From positions 776,507 through 840,506 of the forward strand of contig OY759598.1 in assembly GCA_963662435.1 (NCBI GenBank): a stretch of DNA of 64,000 nucleotides, in the 5' to 3' direction. Positions 30,121 to 41,050 of the stretch are shown here, one piece after another. Made by a program: the position numbers and the translations under genes. Position 1 is the first letter of the stretch; each line of letters begins with the position of its first letter. The notes under the pieces were generated by a model. That model made no database searches. It saw only the letters and a program-made list of their open reading frames with translations, and was not told the origin of the DNA. Source of the stretch: Dehalococcoidia bacterium (lineage in GTDB: Bacteria; Chloroflexota; Dehalococcoidia; Lucifugimonadales; VXLM01).

Positions 30121-32469
30121 TTAGGGGATACCTGAAGCTGTCGTACTTGAGACGGCTGACTCAAGACCTGAATCTCGACGGTTCGGTCCGACAGACCAGC
30201 CTGTGGAGAGGCCTATGACGAACCAGCCAAACGCTAGGATGCCCGCTGCGAAGATGGTATCTCCGATGGAGCGAAGCCATCGGAAGACCTCAAGGACCGG
30301 GGTCTGTAGGAACTCTGCCGAGCGCGCATACCACATCCCATGCTCGAAGCTGGCCCAGGTCTGGGCCAGTCCCACGGGAAGCAGGCTAAGCATCACCATG
30401 AGTGCCAAGCCAATGTTGACCGACCAGAAGGCGAAGGAGAGGGACCGCGTCTTCCACTGAATTCGTACCGTTAGGAGGCGAAGACTTAGCAGGGTAAGGC
30501 CGAGCCCCAGATTACCGTAGACGCCGAAGAGAGCTGCATGGGCATGGACCGACGTGGTGTTGAGACCCTGCATAAAATACAGGGCGATGGGAGGATTGAT
30601 GAGGAAGCCAAACAGTCCAGCCCCTACCAGATTCCAGAATGAGGCGGCGACGAAGAAGTAGACCGGTCACTTGTAGTGGTGTATCCACGATGTCCTGCGG
30701 GTCATGGAGAGGTTTTCGTATGCCTCGTATCCAACCAGGACGAGCGGCATCAACTCCAGGGCACTCATCGTGCCGCCAATGACGAGGATGATTGGCGTAG
30801 TCCCCGTGAAATAAAGGTGATGGAACATACCCAGGACACCGCCGGTAAGGTACAGAATGGTCGTGAAAAGAATCGCCATCGTGGCTGACCTGACTCTGAC
30901 CAGTCCCAGGCGAACGAATGTGAGCGCGATCACCGTTGTCGCAAAGACCTCAAAGAACCCCTCAACCCACAGGTGGACGACCCACCACCTCCAGTACTCA
31001 GCAATGGCAAGGTTGGTGTGCTGCCCGGGTATCAAACCAGGGAAATAGAAAAAGGCGATTGCCGCCACGGAGAGCATGAAGATCATGAGTAACTGCCTGC
31101 GCCTGGGATTCTCCTCAGCCGATCTCCACGCGCGCAGAAGTGGCCGCAGCATAAGGGCCAGCCACAAAAGGAGGCCGGCGAAGAGAAGAATCTGCCACAT
31201 CCGCCCCAAGTCGAGGTATTCGTAGCCCTGATGACCAATCCAGAAGTTGATGTCGTCTCCCAGGAGCTGATTGATGGCCAGCCCCTGTCCAAGCATCGAA
31301 CCGGCAACAACCACGATGAGCGCCACCAACAGGAGGTTGACTCCGAAACGCTGATACCGAGGTTCATAGCCTGCGACCAGAGGGGCCAGACATAAGCCGG
31401 TAGCCAACCAGGAGGTAGCGATCCACAGCATCCCCAGTTGAACGTGCCATGTCCTGGTGAGGGAATACGGCACGACTTCGGAGATGGGTATGCCGTAGAA
31501 CTCAGTGCCTTCGACACCATAGTGGGCGGTGACGATTCCAGCGACGATCTGCGCGACGGCAAGTGCCCCGACGACCCAGAAATACTTGTGAGTGGCGTAC
31601 ATAGACGGCGTTGGCTTGAAGTCGACTAAAGGGTCCGTGGGCGAGGCTTCCTCCTCACTCCTCCAGGTGTCGCGGCTAGCCGCATAGAACCAAGCCAGAC
31701 CGCCTATTCCTCCAAGCAGGAGAACGAAGCTAATTACGGAAACAACTACCATGACTCCTGTGGGCCGGTTGCCGACCAGCTCGTCCGGGGGCCAGTTATG
31801 GGTGTAGGTGATCTCTTGTCCCGGACGCTCAGTAATGCATGCCCAGGAAGCCCAGAATATGAACGCGGTGAATGCCTCTCGTCGGTCGCCATCGGAGATG
31901 ACCGATCGAGGCATCGCATAGCTTTCTCTGAGTTGATCGAGTGCCGGGTCGTCGCCAAAGAGTGAGGTGTAGTGGGATTGGACGGCCTCGATAGCCTGAG
32001 CCCTCAAGGGTGAAACCGTGACAACCCCGGTTGAAGGATCGTAGGTATTGCTCCGTAGCTCGGAGCTGAGTCTCGCCTGCAGCCCGGCCGCGTGCTCTTC
32101 GTTCAAAGATTCAAACGACTTCCCATATTCCCGTTCGGCCCAGTGCTCCACCAGCCACACGCCCTCCCTGTGAAGCCAGTCGGCGGTCCAGTCGGGAGCC
32201 GTGTAGGCCCCGTGTCCCCATACGGAGCCTAGCTCGTGTCCGCCGATTGAACGCCAGACGTCCTGACCCTTGAGGATTTGGTCACCGGCAAAGACCACTT
32301 CTCCGTCGGTGGTCACCACTGCATCTGGCAGTGGTGGGGCCATCTGATAGATTTCCCGACCGTAGTACAGCAGGGCCACGAACGAAGCCACCACTATCGC
32401 GATCAGTATGATCCAGAGGAGTCGTATGCCCCCCGACATTCGATGTGGGATTGCTGATGCGGCGTTCAA
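30121..32469 (-). pseudogene. norB: Quinol-dependent nitric oxide reductase (qNor) interrupted by an in-frame TGA at 30667-30669
   Basis: WGHGAYTAPDWTADWLHRE, RTWHVQ, WWVVHLWVEGFFEVF, GMFHHLYF, HAHAALFGVYG; the two ORFs are in frame and read HYK*PVYFF...NPP. Confidence 0.9.
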
Positions 32470-32538
32470 TCTCGTATTCCCTCCCTCACAAGGCTGGAGG
32501 TCCTATGACAGCCAGCATGGGTGGTGTCTACTGGCTGG

Positions 32539-33249
32539 TCAGTAGCCTGCCATTATGATCTGCATTCCAGGTCGCAGACGGACTCTCCACTGTCTCTCAA
32601 GGCCGTCATCCCAGTTCGGATCCAGGGCCTTGGCGGTCTCACAGATACAGTCCAGCCATAGTTCATACAGCATTGGAAGAATGTTCCGGCCTCCACGACC
32701 GCGCGCCTCCCCAAGGCGTTCTAGCATCTCCCGCATATGTGGATCGGCTACATCCTTGGTCACCATCATGTGGACGGAGTCCCGGAGGACTTGTCGCTGC
32801 CTGTCGAAGTCCGTGGCAGCAAAATAGCGTGCGATTCCGGGGGATGAGTCTAGGAATCTGTCGTAGAAGACCTCGCCAAAGTCCCCATTCTCTTCGCAGC
32901 GCTCGAAGCTACGGCGCACAGCCTGATTAGCGAACGCCCCCGGCGTTCGGGTCGTGGAGCCGGCATCCGGTTCCCGGAAGAAGTCGATCCGGCAGCGCAC
33001 GGCATCTCCCACCACCACTCTATGGGGCACTTGTGGGTGGATGGTGATGAGATCAGGAGCCAAGACTACCCGGTCATCGTCGCTGGCTAGGTCCACGAAT
33101 CGGAGCCTTCCCTCGAATACGTGCAGTACCCCCCAATGGCCCGGCCCTAGCGCGTGCTCACACTGAAGGGCCTCCGGTATACTGTCCTGCGTAAAGTTCA
33201 GGGAACCACTGCTGGGAACAAGCCCTGGCGGCATCCGATCGCTCACCAT
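32539..33249 (-). CDS. DUF1971 (YeaR/TehB-N-like cupin) - globin fusion
   Basis: N-terminal FTQDSIPEALQCEH...WGVLHVFEGRL...PQVPHRV; C-terminal globin FYDRFLDSSP...F..TDFDRQ...LYELWLDC. Confidence 0.75.
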   Translation of the reverse strand: MVSDRMPPGLVPSSGSLNFTQDSIPEALQCEHALGPGHWGVLHVFEGRLRFVDLASDDDRVVLAPDLITIHPQVPHRVVVGDAVRCRIDFFREPDAGSTTRTPGAFANQAVRRSFERCEENGDFGEVFYDRFLDSSPGIARYFAATDFDRQRQVLRDSVHMMVTKDVADPHMREMLERLGEARGRGGRNILPMLYELWLDCICETAKALDPNWDDGLERQWRVRLRPGMQIIMAGY

Positions 33250-33475
33250 TCAGGTCCTCCATAGGTGCTTGGAGTAGTGTGCTCTAGGCTCCCTCTCCGA
33301 TATGAAACCTCCCCTTGAGCACGAGACTTCAGACCACCACATTCCAGAGACTCACCCAAAGGCAAACGATTCACCTCGAAGTTGTTGGTACAGATACAAA
33401 CTACTACGAGGTAGGGTCCATTGAAATACTGCATATGCAGTATTTTCTACCGTTCGGGATGAGGGGCGAGGGATG

Positions 33476-34081
33476 CTAGATTAAGTGCCGACGCTGAGCG
33501 GCAAGCACGGCGGACATCATGCCGTGGGAATGGAGTTTCTCGCTGGCGTTGCTGATGTGCTTGCGAACCGTGTAGACGCTAATGAAGAGTCGCTCGGCAA
33601 TCTCCATCGGACGAAGCCCAACCGCCAAAAGGCTGAGCACTTCGATTTCACGGGAGGTGAGAGGGAGGGGCATCGGCTCATCAGGGTTAGGTTCGTCGAC
33701 ACGGATTTCGTGGAACATGTGGATGAGCACGGTCCGGTCGCGGTCGTCGGTAGCTATGAGCGGGAACATGGTCACACGCTTGAGCAATCCCGAGGCTGAC
33801 CGCATTTGTGCGTATGACACAGGTGGGATGCGCCCGCGATTGGCGGCGACGATGGCTGGGCAGTTCTGAGTGCAGACGGTCGTAGTGCCGTCAAGTGCGA
33901 GAACCTGCACGGCCTCGTAGCACTTTCGGCCAAGAACCTCGCTAGCCTTGTAACCAAGTATTCTCTCAGCTTGCGCGTTCCAGAACACGACGGTCTGGTT
34001 CAGATCGATGCCGTAGGCCCCATAAGGCGCGTCTCTCAGGCGGTCGAGTAGGTTCCCTGGGATTATGATCGTATCGGACAT
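33476..34081 (-). CDS. PAS-domain LuxR-family transcriptional regulator
   Basis: PAS motif WNAQAERILGY...VLGRKC; LuxR HTH LTSREIEVL...IAERLFISVYTVRKH. Confidence 0.88.
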   Translation of the reverse strand: MSDTIIIPGNLLDRLRDAPYGAYGIDLNQTVVFWNAQAERILGYKASEVLGRKCYEAVQVLALDGTTTVCTQNCPAIVAANRGRIPPVSYAQMRSASGLLKRVTMFPLIATDDRDRTVLIHMFHEIRVDEPNPDEPMPLPLTSREIEVLSLLAVGLRPMEIAERLFISVYTVRKHISNASEKLHSHGMMSAVLAAQRRHLI

Positions 34082-34185
34082 TTCACCGAAACCGTCCTCT
34101 TGGTGTCGCCGCAGCCACCTTCGATCAAGTATGGTCTGTCCCGGAGGTTTCTACACGAGCACATCCGATTCCTGGACAGAGTTCC

Positions 34186-34607
34186 TTTGGGGCCCTGATA
34201 CCAGCGGGTGAGGCCTTGGAGACTACTGGAGGGGCGGCTCGCATAGCCGCGACGATTGCGGTCCTAGGTGGCACAGTGCCTCCTTGGGCCATGCTTGGGG
34301 TCGTTTTCGTAACTTCCATGCTCCAATCTGCTCTTATCAACAATGCGGCCGCCGTGATCTTGATGGCTCCCATTGGGGTCGGCGTGGCGGGGACGCTCGG
34401 GGCAGCCGCCGACCCGTTCCTTATGGCAGTGGCCATAGGGGGTCCTCCGCATTCCTTTCTCCTATCGGCAATCAGTCAAACACCATAGTGATGGGGCCCG
34501 GCGGCTATCACTTTGGCGACTATTGGAGGGCGGGGCTGCCGTTGGTGGTCCTAATAATTGCCGTATCGATTCCCCTGATCATGTGTGTTTGGCTCCTGGG
34601 AGTCTAG
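34186..34607 (+). pseudogene. C-terminal remnant of an SLC13/DASS-type permease, frameshifted
   Basis: ALETTGGA...INNAAAVILMAPI...PFLMAVAIG then AFLSPIGNQSNTIVMGPGGYHFGDY in another frame; shift at a G-run near 34437-34442; N-terminus missing. Confidence 0.8.
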
Positions 34608-34624
34608 GAGCTTGAACATTGGGC

Positions 34625-36676
34625 TTAACCAGTGCCCTTAGACAATTCCTGGAATGCTGCGTCCCTGATCTCGGCTCTGGACTCAGCAGCAACGTTCTCG
34701 GATGCCTCCAAAGCAGCCTGAATTGCGTGAGTTGCAGCCTCTTCCTCGGTGAGTCCGAGGTGCGATGCGGTATGTCGAACAGCTTCAATGGAGTGCGCCA
34801 AGACAGAGTCCGCGCGCAGACTCGTACTATTCGCACTGTGGACCGCGCCGAAAATGGCTCCCCGGACGGCATCGAGGGGGTCCCCGCCGGCTTCTGCTAC
34901 TGCTTCTAGGCTACCGCATATTGAGGCCTCGATGATCGTTCCAGCATCAACACCAACGTCGGCTGCAGCTCGGACAGCCCCCTCTGTGGCACCGAAAGCC
35001 ATTTCCACCCCATGCCGTGTGGCATCGACAGCCTCCAAGCTTGCGTCGGCTATTGCTCGGTTGACTCGGGACTGCACCTGCCCTGCAGTAGCGTTGGCCT
35101 CGGTCAACGTTTCTATCGCTTGTTTGGTTGAAGAAGCCAATTGGTACGCTGTTACACCGGCGGCCACATCCATGCCTGGGATTCTCGGGAGATAGCGCAG
35201 GCCGGTAATCGGGAACTGGGCGGCGGAGCCCAGTCCCGGCACAATGTTGAGTGCACGGAGGTTCTCCCGCGTCTCGTTCATCAACTGGTCCATAACGATC
35301 TCGCTTTGCACCTCCCCCTCTTCCCTCACTTTGCCAAGGATGCCGAAAGTGAAGAGACCGAGTACGAATGCCATGGCGAACAGGAAGTCGTACCCGGTAA
35401 GGAATATGGCTGGGAAATCTATTGACCGTGTGGGATCGACCCACTCGATGGCGACCTCGAGATGCCTCACGCTGAAGAAGTCGACGAAGGCTCCACCGAT
35501 GAGCGGACTGATTCCTGCTCCCAAATTTGCGGCGAGTGAAGCGGCTGTCAGAAAGGCGGTCGCCTGAGCCTGGGGAGCCAACTTCATCCGGATGGTAGTC
35601 GTAGAAACGTTGATGCCGGCGCTGGCTATGCCGATCAATGCGTGCAGGATGACGAGCAGAGGAATCGTGAGCGCGTACTTACCGGGCAACGTCGTGAATG
35701 TCCATCCTAGGATGACCAGGAGGTACAGCGAGGAGCAGAGTGAGAGAATTACCTTGCTCCCGTACTTGTCCACGAAAGCTCCCCAGACTCTCAGGAACAG
35801 CACGTTGGCAATTTGGCTCAACACTCCCAGGCCAACGACGAGCGACAGGGATAGCTCCAGCTTGGTCAGCATGTAAACCGCGAAGAAGGGCACAGCGAGA
35901 TAGGTGACGAAGTTCCACGCGAATAGGAACTTGATCATTTGAGCGTAGTTCCTATCCCTCAGAGGAGCAGCCAACGTTCTGATTATTGGTGGCCTCGCCC
36001 CCTCGGGTCGCGTCATCAGCCGTTCCGGGATACGTGCCATCATGCTTACCGAACCGAACCCAAGCAGGATGCTGCCGAGCAGAATCGCGTAAGAATAGCC
36101 GAAGATCACGTCAGACTCGGGCACGGCTCCCTTCCACCAGTCGATATAGACTGCGGCCACCAAGCCAGTGAATGCGGCCGCCAATGTCGAAACCTTCAAC
36201 CGCTGGGCGAAAAAGCCCCCCATCTCTCCCGCAGACGCCATGTCGCGTAGCCAGCTGGTCCAGCTTGTGTTCACAAATGCGGTGGCCACTCCACGAATGG
36301 CGATGAAGAACAGCAAGAGAGTGACAGCCCCTGGGTTGGGTACATCCAACAGGAATGGGATCAGTGCTACAGGAACCCAGGCAGCATACGCGGCGAAATA
36401 CGACGGCACGGCAACGAGTTTCCGATTGCGGACGCGCTCCACGACGACGACCGCAGCTATCTGGACTGGCTGCATGATGAAAGGTATCGCCGTCATGATC
36501 CCGATGTGAACATTAGAGGCACCCAGAACTAGGGCGAACGCAGCAAGGAAACCGCCCGAAGCCAAGCCGTCGGCTCCGGACCCCGCGATGGTCTGAAACT
36601 TAAGAACCTTCAGTCCGAGCTCGCGCTGATGGTCCGTAAGGGCCTCATGTGGTTTGAATAGCGCCTTGAGAAGCAT
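34625..36676 (-). CDS. MFS transporter with C-terminal 22-residue-repeat extension
   Basis: About 12 hydrophobic segments, WGAFVDKYGSK MFS-type loop; Ala/Gly-rich repeat tail; start uncertain (36676-36766). Confidence 0.85.
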   Translation of the reverse strand: MLLKALFKPHEALTDHQRELGLKVLKFQTIAGSGADGLASGGFLAAFALVLGASNVHIGIMTAIPFIMQPVQIAAVVVVERVRNRKLVAVPSYFAAYAAWVPVALIPFLLDVPNPGAVTLLLFFIAIRGVATAFVNTSWTSWLRDMASAGEMGGFFAQRLKVSTLAAAFTGLVAAVYIDWWKGAVPESDVIFGYSYAILLGSILLGFGSVSMMARIPERLMTRPEGARPPIIRTLAAPLRDRNYAQMIKFLFAWNFVTYLAVPFFAVYMLTKLELSLSLVVGLGVLSQIANVLFLRVWGAFVDKYGSKVILSLCSSLYLLVILGWTFTTLPGKYALTIPLLVILHALIGIASAGINVSTTTIRMKLAPQAQATAFLTAASLAANLGAGISPLIGGAFVDFFSVRHLEVAIEWVDPTRSIDFPAIFLTGYDFLFAMAFVLGLFTFGILGKVREEGEVQSEIVMDQLMNETRENLRALNIVPGLGSAAQFPITGLRYLPRIPGMDVAAGVTAYQLASSTKQAIETLTEANATAGQVQSRVNRAIADASLEAVDATRHGVEMAFGATEGAVRAAADVGVDAGTIIEASICGSLEAVAEAGGDPLDAVRGAIFGAVHSANSTSLRADSVLAHSIEAVRHTASHLGLTEEEAATHAIQAALEASENVAAESRAEIRDAAFQELSKGTG

Positions 36677-37135
36677 GGGCAGTAGCCCAATGATAGAGTG
36701 TGGGCCAATGGCTGTCCACGCATGAGTTAAGGTCCGACGGGACCGAGAGCGCGGCTCTGTGCTCAAGCTGACCTAGTGCCAACGGACAACTGAGCAGCAC
36801 ACTAGGGGGCTACCCCTCAAGACCGATTCGTGTCGGGTCCAAGTAAAACGAACATGCCAGGTTCCTCTGGGCTACCTATCACCGACCTCCCTGGACGGCA
36901 GGTCTAGGCTGCCACAGAGTCACCTAGCCCGCAAGATAGAGACTTGAGGCACATTGAGGCCCCTAGCCGCTTAGGATACCGAAGGGTGGCGTTTCCTGCT
37001 TGACTACGTTGCCAGGTGGTCACTACCATTCTGCCACCTCTCCGCTAACTCAAGCGACGGGCACCTCATAGACAGTTGGATCGAATGGGATGAGTCAGTG
37101 TCTGGGTGAAGGTCGCTGCCCAAAGGGGGTCCGCG

Positions 37136-38236
37136 ATGGGATTCAAGGCTTACTATCTATGCCCTGATCAGGGGTTGCAATATGACCTGGACGAGGATCG
37201 AATCCGGTCCATACTGGAATCGGAGTCAGGGGTTCTGTGGCTGGACATATCCGAGCCGGACGCCCATGACCGAGATCTTCTGCTCGATGCTTTCGGATTC
37301 CACCCCCTTGCCGTTGACGCTGTAGTGGACACGGGAACGCAGACGGCCCGTGCCGAGGACTTCGGCAAGTATGTGTTCATCAACGCCCAAAGCGTCGACT
37401 ATACAATTGACGAGGATGTACTCCAGGCAGCCGACCTAGGCGTGTTCATAGGTGCCAATTTCGTCGTGACCGCCCACAGGGTCTTTATGCCCAGTGTCGA
37501 GGCCATAAGGAAGCTTGTAGAGCTTGACGGGAGACCCTTGATGAGGGGGAGCGTGTATTTGGCCTATGCCCACCTCCAGGCGCTCCTTGAATCCATCACA
37601 CCGACTCTGGACAGGATGTTGGACCGAGCCGATGAGATTGAGGATCGCATCCTCGTGAACCCGGACGACTCCGCGCTTTCGGCGGTCATGGCCTTGAAAC
37701 GGTCCAGCCTAAGCCTGAGCAAGGCAATGGTGCCGCAGAGGGAAGTGTTAAATAGGTTGGGCCGACGCGAATTCGACCTGATCGGCGAGGGAAACGACTT
37801 GTATTTTCGTGACCTGTTCGAGTATCTCTTGCGCGTCCAAGCAGCAAATGACGTGGTCAGGGAACGCCTGGACATGTCCCTCGCCACCTATCTCTCGACG
37901 GTCGCCAACCGCCAGAACGAGGTCATGAAGCTACTATCCATCGTGGCGACGACCCTCATGCCCTTGGGTCTGATAGTGGGCATTTTCGGAATGAACTTCG
38001 AGAACATGCCGGGCATCCAGTTTCGTTGGGGCTACCACATTGTTTGGGCCGTGACCCTGGTCGCCCTCGGCTTCGTACTGTGGATGCTCTGGTTGAAGCG
38101 GTGGCTGGTGGGTGGCGGAAGGGTGTTGAAAAGTAGAAGGCTGAGAAGGTTTGTGCCCACAGATGTAGACCCTGTCCGGCTTACCTCGTACGTGGGCCGT
38201 GCGGCAGCTCGGTCACTGAGATGGAGGGCGCGGTGA
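37136..38236 (+). CDS. corA: CorA-family Mg2+/Co2+ transporter
   Basis: WLDI, FGFHPLA, NEVMKLLS, GIFGMNF signature, two C-terminal TMs. Confidence 0.92.
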   Translation: MGFKAYYLCPDQGLQYDLDEDRIRSILESESGVLWLDISEPDAHDRDLLLDAFGFHPLAVDAVVDTGTQTARAEDFGKYVFINAQSVDYTIDEDVLQAADLGVFIGANFVVTAHRVFMPSVEAIRKLVELDGRPLMRGSVYLAYAHLQALLESITPTLDRMLDRADEIEDRILVNPDDSALSAVMALKRSSLSLSKAMVPQREVLNRLGRREFDLIGEGNDLYFRDLFEYLLRVQAANDVVRERLDMSLATYLSTVANRQNEVMKLLSIVATTLMPLGLIVGIFGMNFENMPGIQFRWGYHIVWAVTLVALGFVLWMLWLKRWLVGGGRVLKSRRLRRFVPTDVDPVRLTSYVGRAAARSLRWRAR

Positions 38237-38991
38237 GCAAGGCATTAGGGAAGCGATCTTGCAGCGACGATAGACGCGAAGCACTGCTCACAAGAGTTGA
38301 GAGGATTACCGAGCTGCCACTTCTCATCCTTGCCTTCGTGATGGTTCCTCTCCTTGCTGCTTCACTATTCTGGGACCTGACTAGTAGGGTCGAGAGATTG
38401 GTCCTAGTCCTTGATGTCGTGGTCTGGGCGCTGTTTGCCACGGATCTTGGAGTAAAGACGGCCATAGCGCCTGATCGTCGCGGCTTCCTGATGCGTCACT
38501 GGTTGGACGTTTTGATTGTCGTAGTCCCGTTTGCTCGGCCCTTCCGCCTATTTCGCATTGTCGTCTACGGAACCAGGGCATTCAGTGGTGTTGTCCGCAT
38601 AGTCAAAGTGGATTTCCTGCTGGTCTATGCGGTTGGACTCGTCCTAACGGTTGCCACGATTGTGACCACGGTGGAAGAAGGCAGTGGCTCCCCCCTCGGC
38701 TTCTTTCCGAACTCACTATGGTGGGCTATCGCAACCGTTACCACGGTAGGATACGGGGACATGGTCCCCAGCACACCCATTGGAAGAGTTGCGGGCGTCG
38801 TACTGATGGTAGGGGGAATAGGGCTGTTCGGCGCCGTGACTGCGAACTTTGCCGCTATTATGGTCAGGAGGCAGCGGGGCAGCGACGCATTCGAAGATCT
38901 GGTCAAGGAGGTGAAGGCACTCAGAGAGGACTTAGACCAACGAGGCGGCAGACGCGATCAACTCGATGAGGCGGCACAGACCCATTCGTAG
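38233..38991 (+). CDS. Potassium channel protein
   Basis: Selectivity filter WWAIATVTTVGYGD; S4-like RPFRLFR. Confidence 0.92.
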   Translation: MSKALGKRSCSDDRREALLTRVERITELPLLILAFVMVPLLAASLFWDLTSRVERLVLVLDVVVWALFATDLGVKTAIAPDRRGFLMRHWLDVLIVVVPFARPFRLFRIVVYGTRAFSGVVRIVKVDFLLVYAVGLVLTVATIVTTVEEGSGSPLGFFPNSLWWAIATVTTVGYGDMVPSTPIGRVAGVVLMVGGIGLFGAVTANFAAIMVRRQRGSDAFEDLVKEVKALREDLDQRGGRRDQLDEAAQTHS

Positions 38992-39313
38992 ACTGCCGAT
39001 CCACAAACTTATCGTGCTCTTCGGGTTCATGTGGAGCGTACCGTGGTGACGCATAGGGCCAGCTTCACATGATGAAAGGACCATCCGACCGGTCCGACTC
39101 AGCCGCCTCCGTCGCATGCCACGGCACCGGAGAGTAGAGGGTGTGTGGCTGCGGGTCATAGTCCGGCACTGCCAGTGGCCACATGCGCAGGGTATCCAGC
39201 ATTGGCAGACAAGGAGGAGATATCTCTGCCGGGGAGAGGTGTTGACTGCAGTGGATGCTCGAGCGCGACTTCATTCCGATAGCCACGGACTCTCTAGGGC
39301 CAGGTCCCACCAA

Positions 39314-41050
39314 CTATCTCGCAGTATTGGGGTGTGAGGCCGGGCGAGTCTCTCCTGCTACCTTCACTAATGCGGCTCCGTACAAGAATATCAAGCCGGC
39401 AATGTAACCCCACATCATCAATAGAACCACTGAGGCGATGGGTCCATAGACAACGCTTCTCGGTGCGGCAAGGCTCGTAAACCAGAAAAACAAGTGCTTG
39501 CCGACTTCGAACAGTACTATGGCGACCATTGCGCCGAATGTGGCGTCCCTCCAGTCCACGTATACATTGGGAAGGTGACGGTAGACGATAGCGAAGACAA
39601 TCGCTGTAAGAACCGCAGGAAGAACCGCAGAAACGGCCCCCAATGAAAGAGCCACGGCTGTCGAGACGATCCCCTGCGAGTCGGAGACTCTCTCCCCTAG
39701 ACTAACCGCCACCTGAAGGAAGGCGGTTAGTCCTACGGACAGAAGGAACAGCACTCCGACCAGTGTCGCCAGCGTTAATTGCGCGAAGGTTATCTGAGCG
39801 AATTTTATACTTTCTATGCCGAACACCCTGTTCACGGCCCTGTTCGCCGCCATGAACAGGCCGTTTGCTCCCAATACGATACTCACCGATGCTGCCAGCC
39901 CTATGGCCAGCGACCCATCGAGCAGATTGTCCACGGCTTCTTGTATCAGATCCCGTGAGGTTGGGAAATAGTAGGCGAGGACTTCTGTGAGCCTGTCCCG
40001 AACAACGTCAGGGTCTCCAAAGAGGGCAATTGCCATGATTACCAATGCAACCATAGGAAGGAGAGACAGAATGGTGAAGTAGGCGAGGGAAGCTGCTAGA
40101 TCGACTCCTCCCGTCTGAATGAGGAGGCGAACTGCCTTGACCATAGATACTCCACGCCAGGCAGCTCGCCCTCGGGGTAAGTCACTCGCAAGTTTCTCTG
40201 CGACTTCCGCCAGTCTATCTTCCAAATCGGGCGCGATTGGCAAGCGCGGCTCCAGAACCCTCTGTACCACGGATTGCCTCACGCTATCGCCATGTGCCTC
40301 AGTAACCTGGTACGCGGCCTCCACAATTCCAGTTGCCGCTGCTGTTACGACAGCATCCGTCTCATGGTCAGTGCCCTCGGCCTCTTGCAGGGCGGCGTCG
40401 ATGGCCGTGCCAGCCACCCCCTCTATTTCGGCCAGGTCTTGCCCCGCAACGGCATCATGCGTGATTAGCTGATAGGTGGCGTCTCGTGTGGCGGCCGCTA
40501 CGTCGCCGCCAGCGGCCGCCACGCCGGATACGACTCCCCCAACAGTGGCCTTTGCCACATCTTGGAGATCACCTCCCGCTTCCACAACGGCTTCGACCGC
40601 ACCTTCAACGGCTGCCGTCGCGGCTTCAGCGGTGTCAATGCCGACGGAAGTAGCACCGACTATCGCCCCCTCGACGGCTTCCCGACCGACCTCCCCAACC
40701 TCGGCGTTGATTCTGGATGAACCTCGAACTGCGCCAACTACGACCTCTCTAACGGCTGGCGTGGTGACCGTAACAACCTGCCCGGTCCCTTGAACGACCC
40801 CGACAACGGTATCGCTGACAAACGCCCGTGTCTCTCCACTCATCTCAGCTACCGCGCGGACGGCGCCCTCGACGGCCTCCCTGGCCAGATTGCTAGCGCC
40901 CCGGCCAACTAGGTGCGTCGCTCCGACTGCTCTTTGGGCTGCCGACCGAGTGATGGCGCCTGTGACCGGACGACGAGCCCTCCTCTGCTTAGTGAGGGTA
41001 CTCTTCACCCGGCGAGCGACAGTTTCTGAATGGCTTTGGGGCTGGTTCAC
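39314..41050 (-). CDS. YihY/BrkB-family membrane protein with N-terminal 22-residue-repeat domain
   Basis: AASLAYFTILSLLP, VYRHLPN, VYGPIASVVLLMMWGY; N-terminal ~270 aa of repeats. Confidence 0.88.
   Translation of the reverse strand: MNQPQSHSETVARRVKSTLTKQRRARRPVTGAITRSAAQRAVGATHLVGRGASNLAREAVEGAVRAVAEMSGETRAFVSDTVVGVVQGTGQVVTVTTPAVREVVVGAVRGSSRINAEVGEVGREAVEGAIVGATSVGIDTAEAATAAVEGAVEAVVEAGGDLQDVAKATVGGVVSGVAAAGGDVAAATRDATYQLITHDAVAGQDLAEIEGVAGTAIDAALQEAEGTDHETDAVVTAAATGIVEAAYQVTEAHGDSVRQSVVQRVLEPRLPIAPDLEDRLAEVAEKLASDLPRGRAAWRGVSMVKAVRLLIQTGGVDLAASLAYFTILSLLPMVALVIMAIALFGDPDVVRDRLTEVLAYYFPTSRDLIQEAVDNLLDGSLAIGLAASVSIVLGANGLFMAANRAVNRVFGIESIKFAQITFAQLTLATLVGVLFLLSVGLTAFLQVAVSLGERVSDSQGIVSTAVALSLGAVSAVLPAVLTAIVFAIVYRHLPNVYVDWRDATFGAMVAIVLFEVGKHLFFWFTSLAAPRSVVYGPIASVVLLMMWGYIAGLIFLYGAALVKVAGETRPASHPNTAR

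Noticed and set aside
30667..30669. UGA recoded as Trp or selenocysteine
   Set aside because: Many intact genes here end in TGA at expected positions, TGG is used for Trp throughout, and the site is a Trp rather than Cys position
36767..37135. Mg2+ (M-box) riboswitch upstream of corA
   Set aside because: Conserved M-box sequence elements were not recognised; needs an Rfam scan
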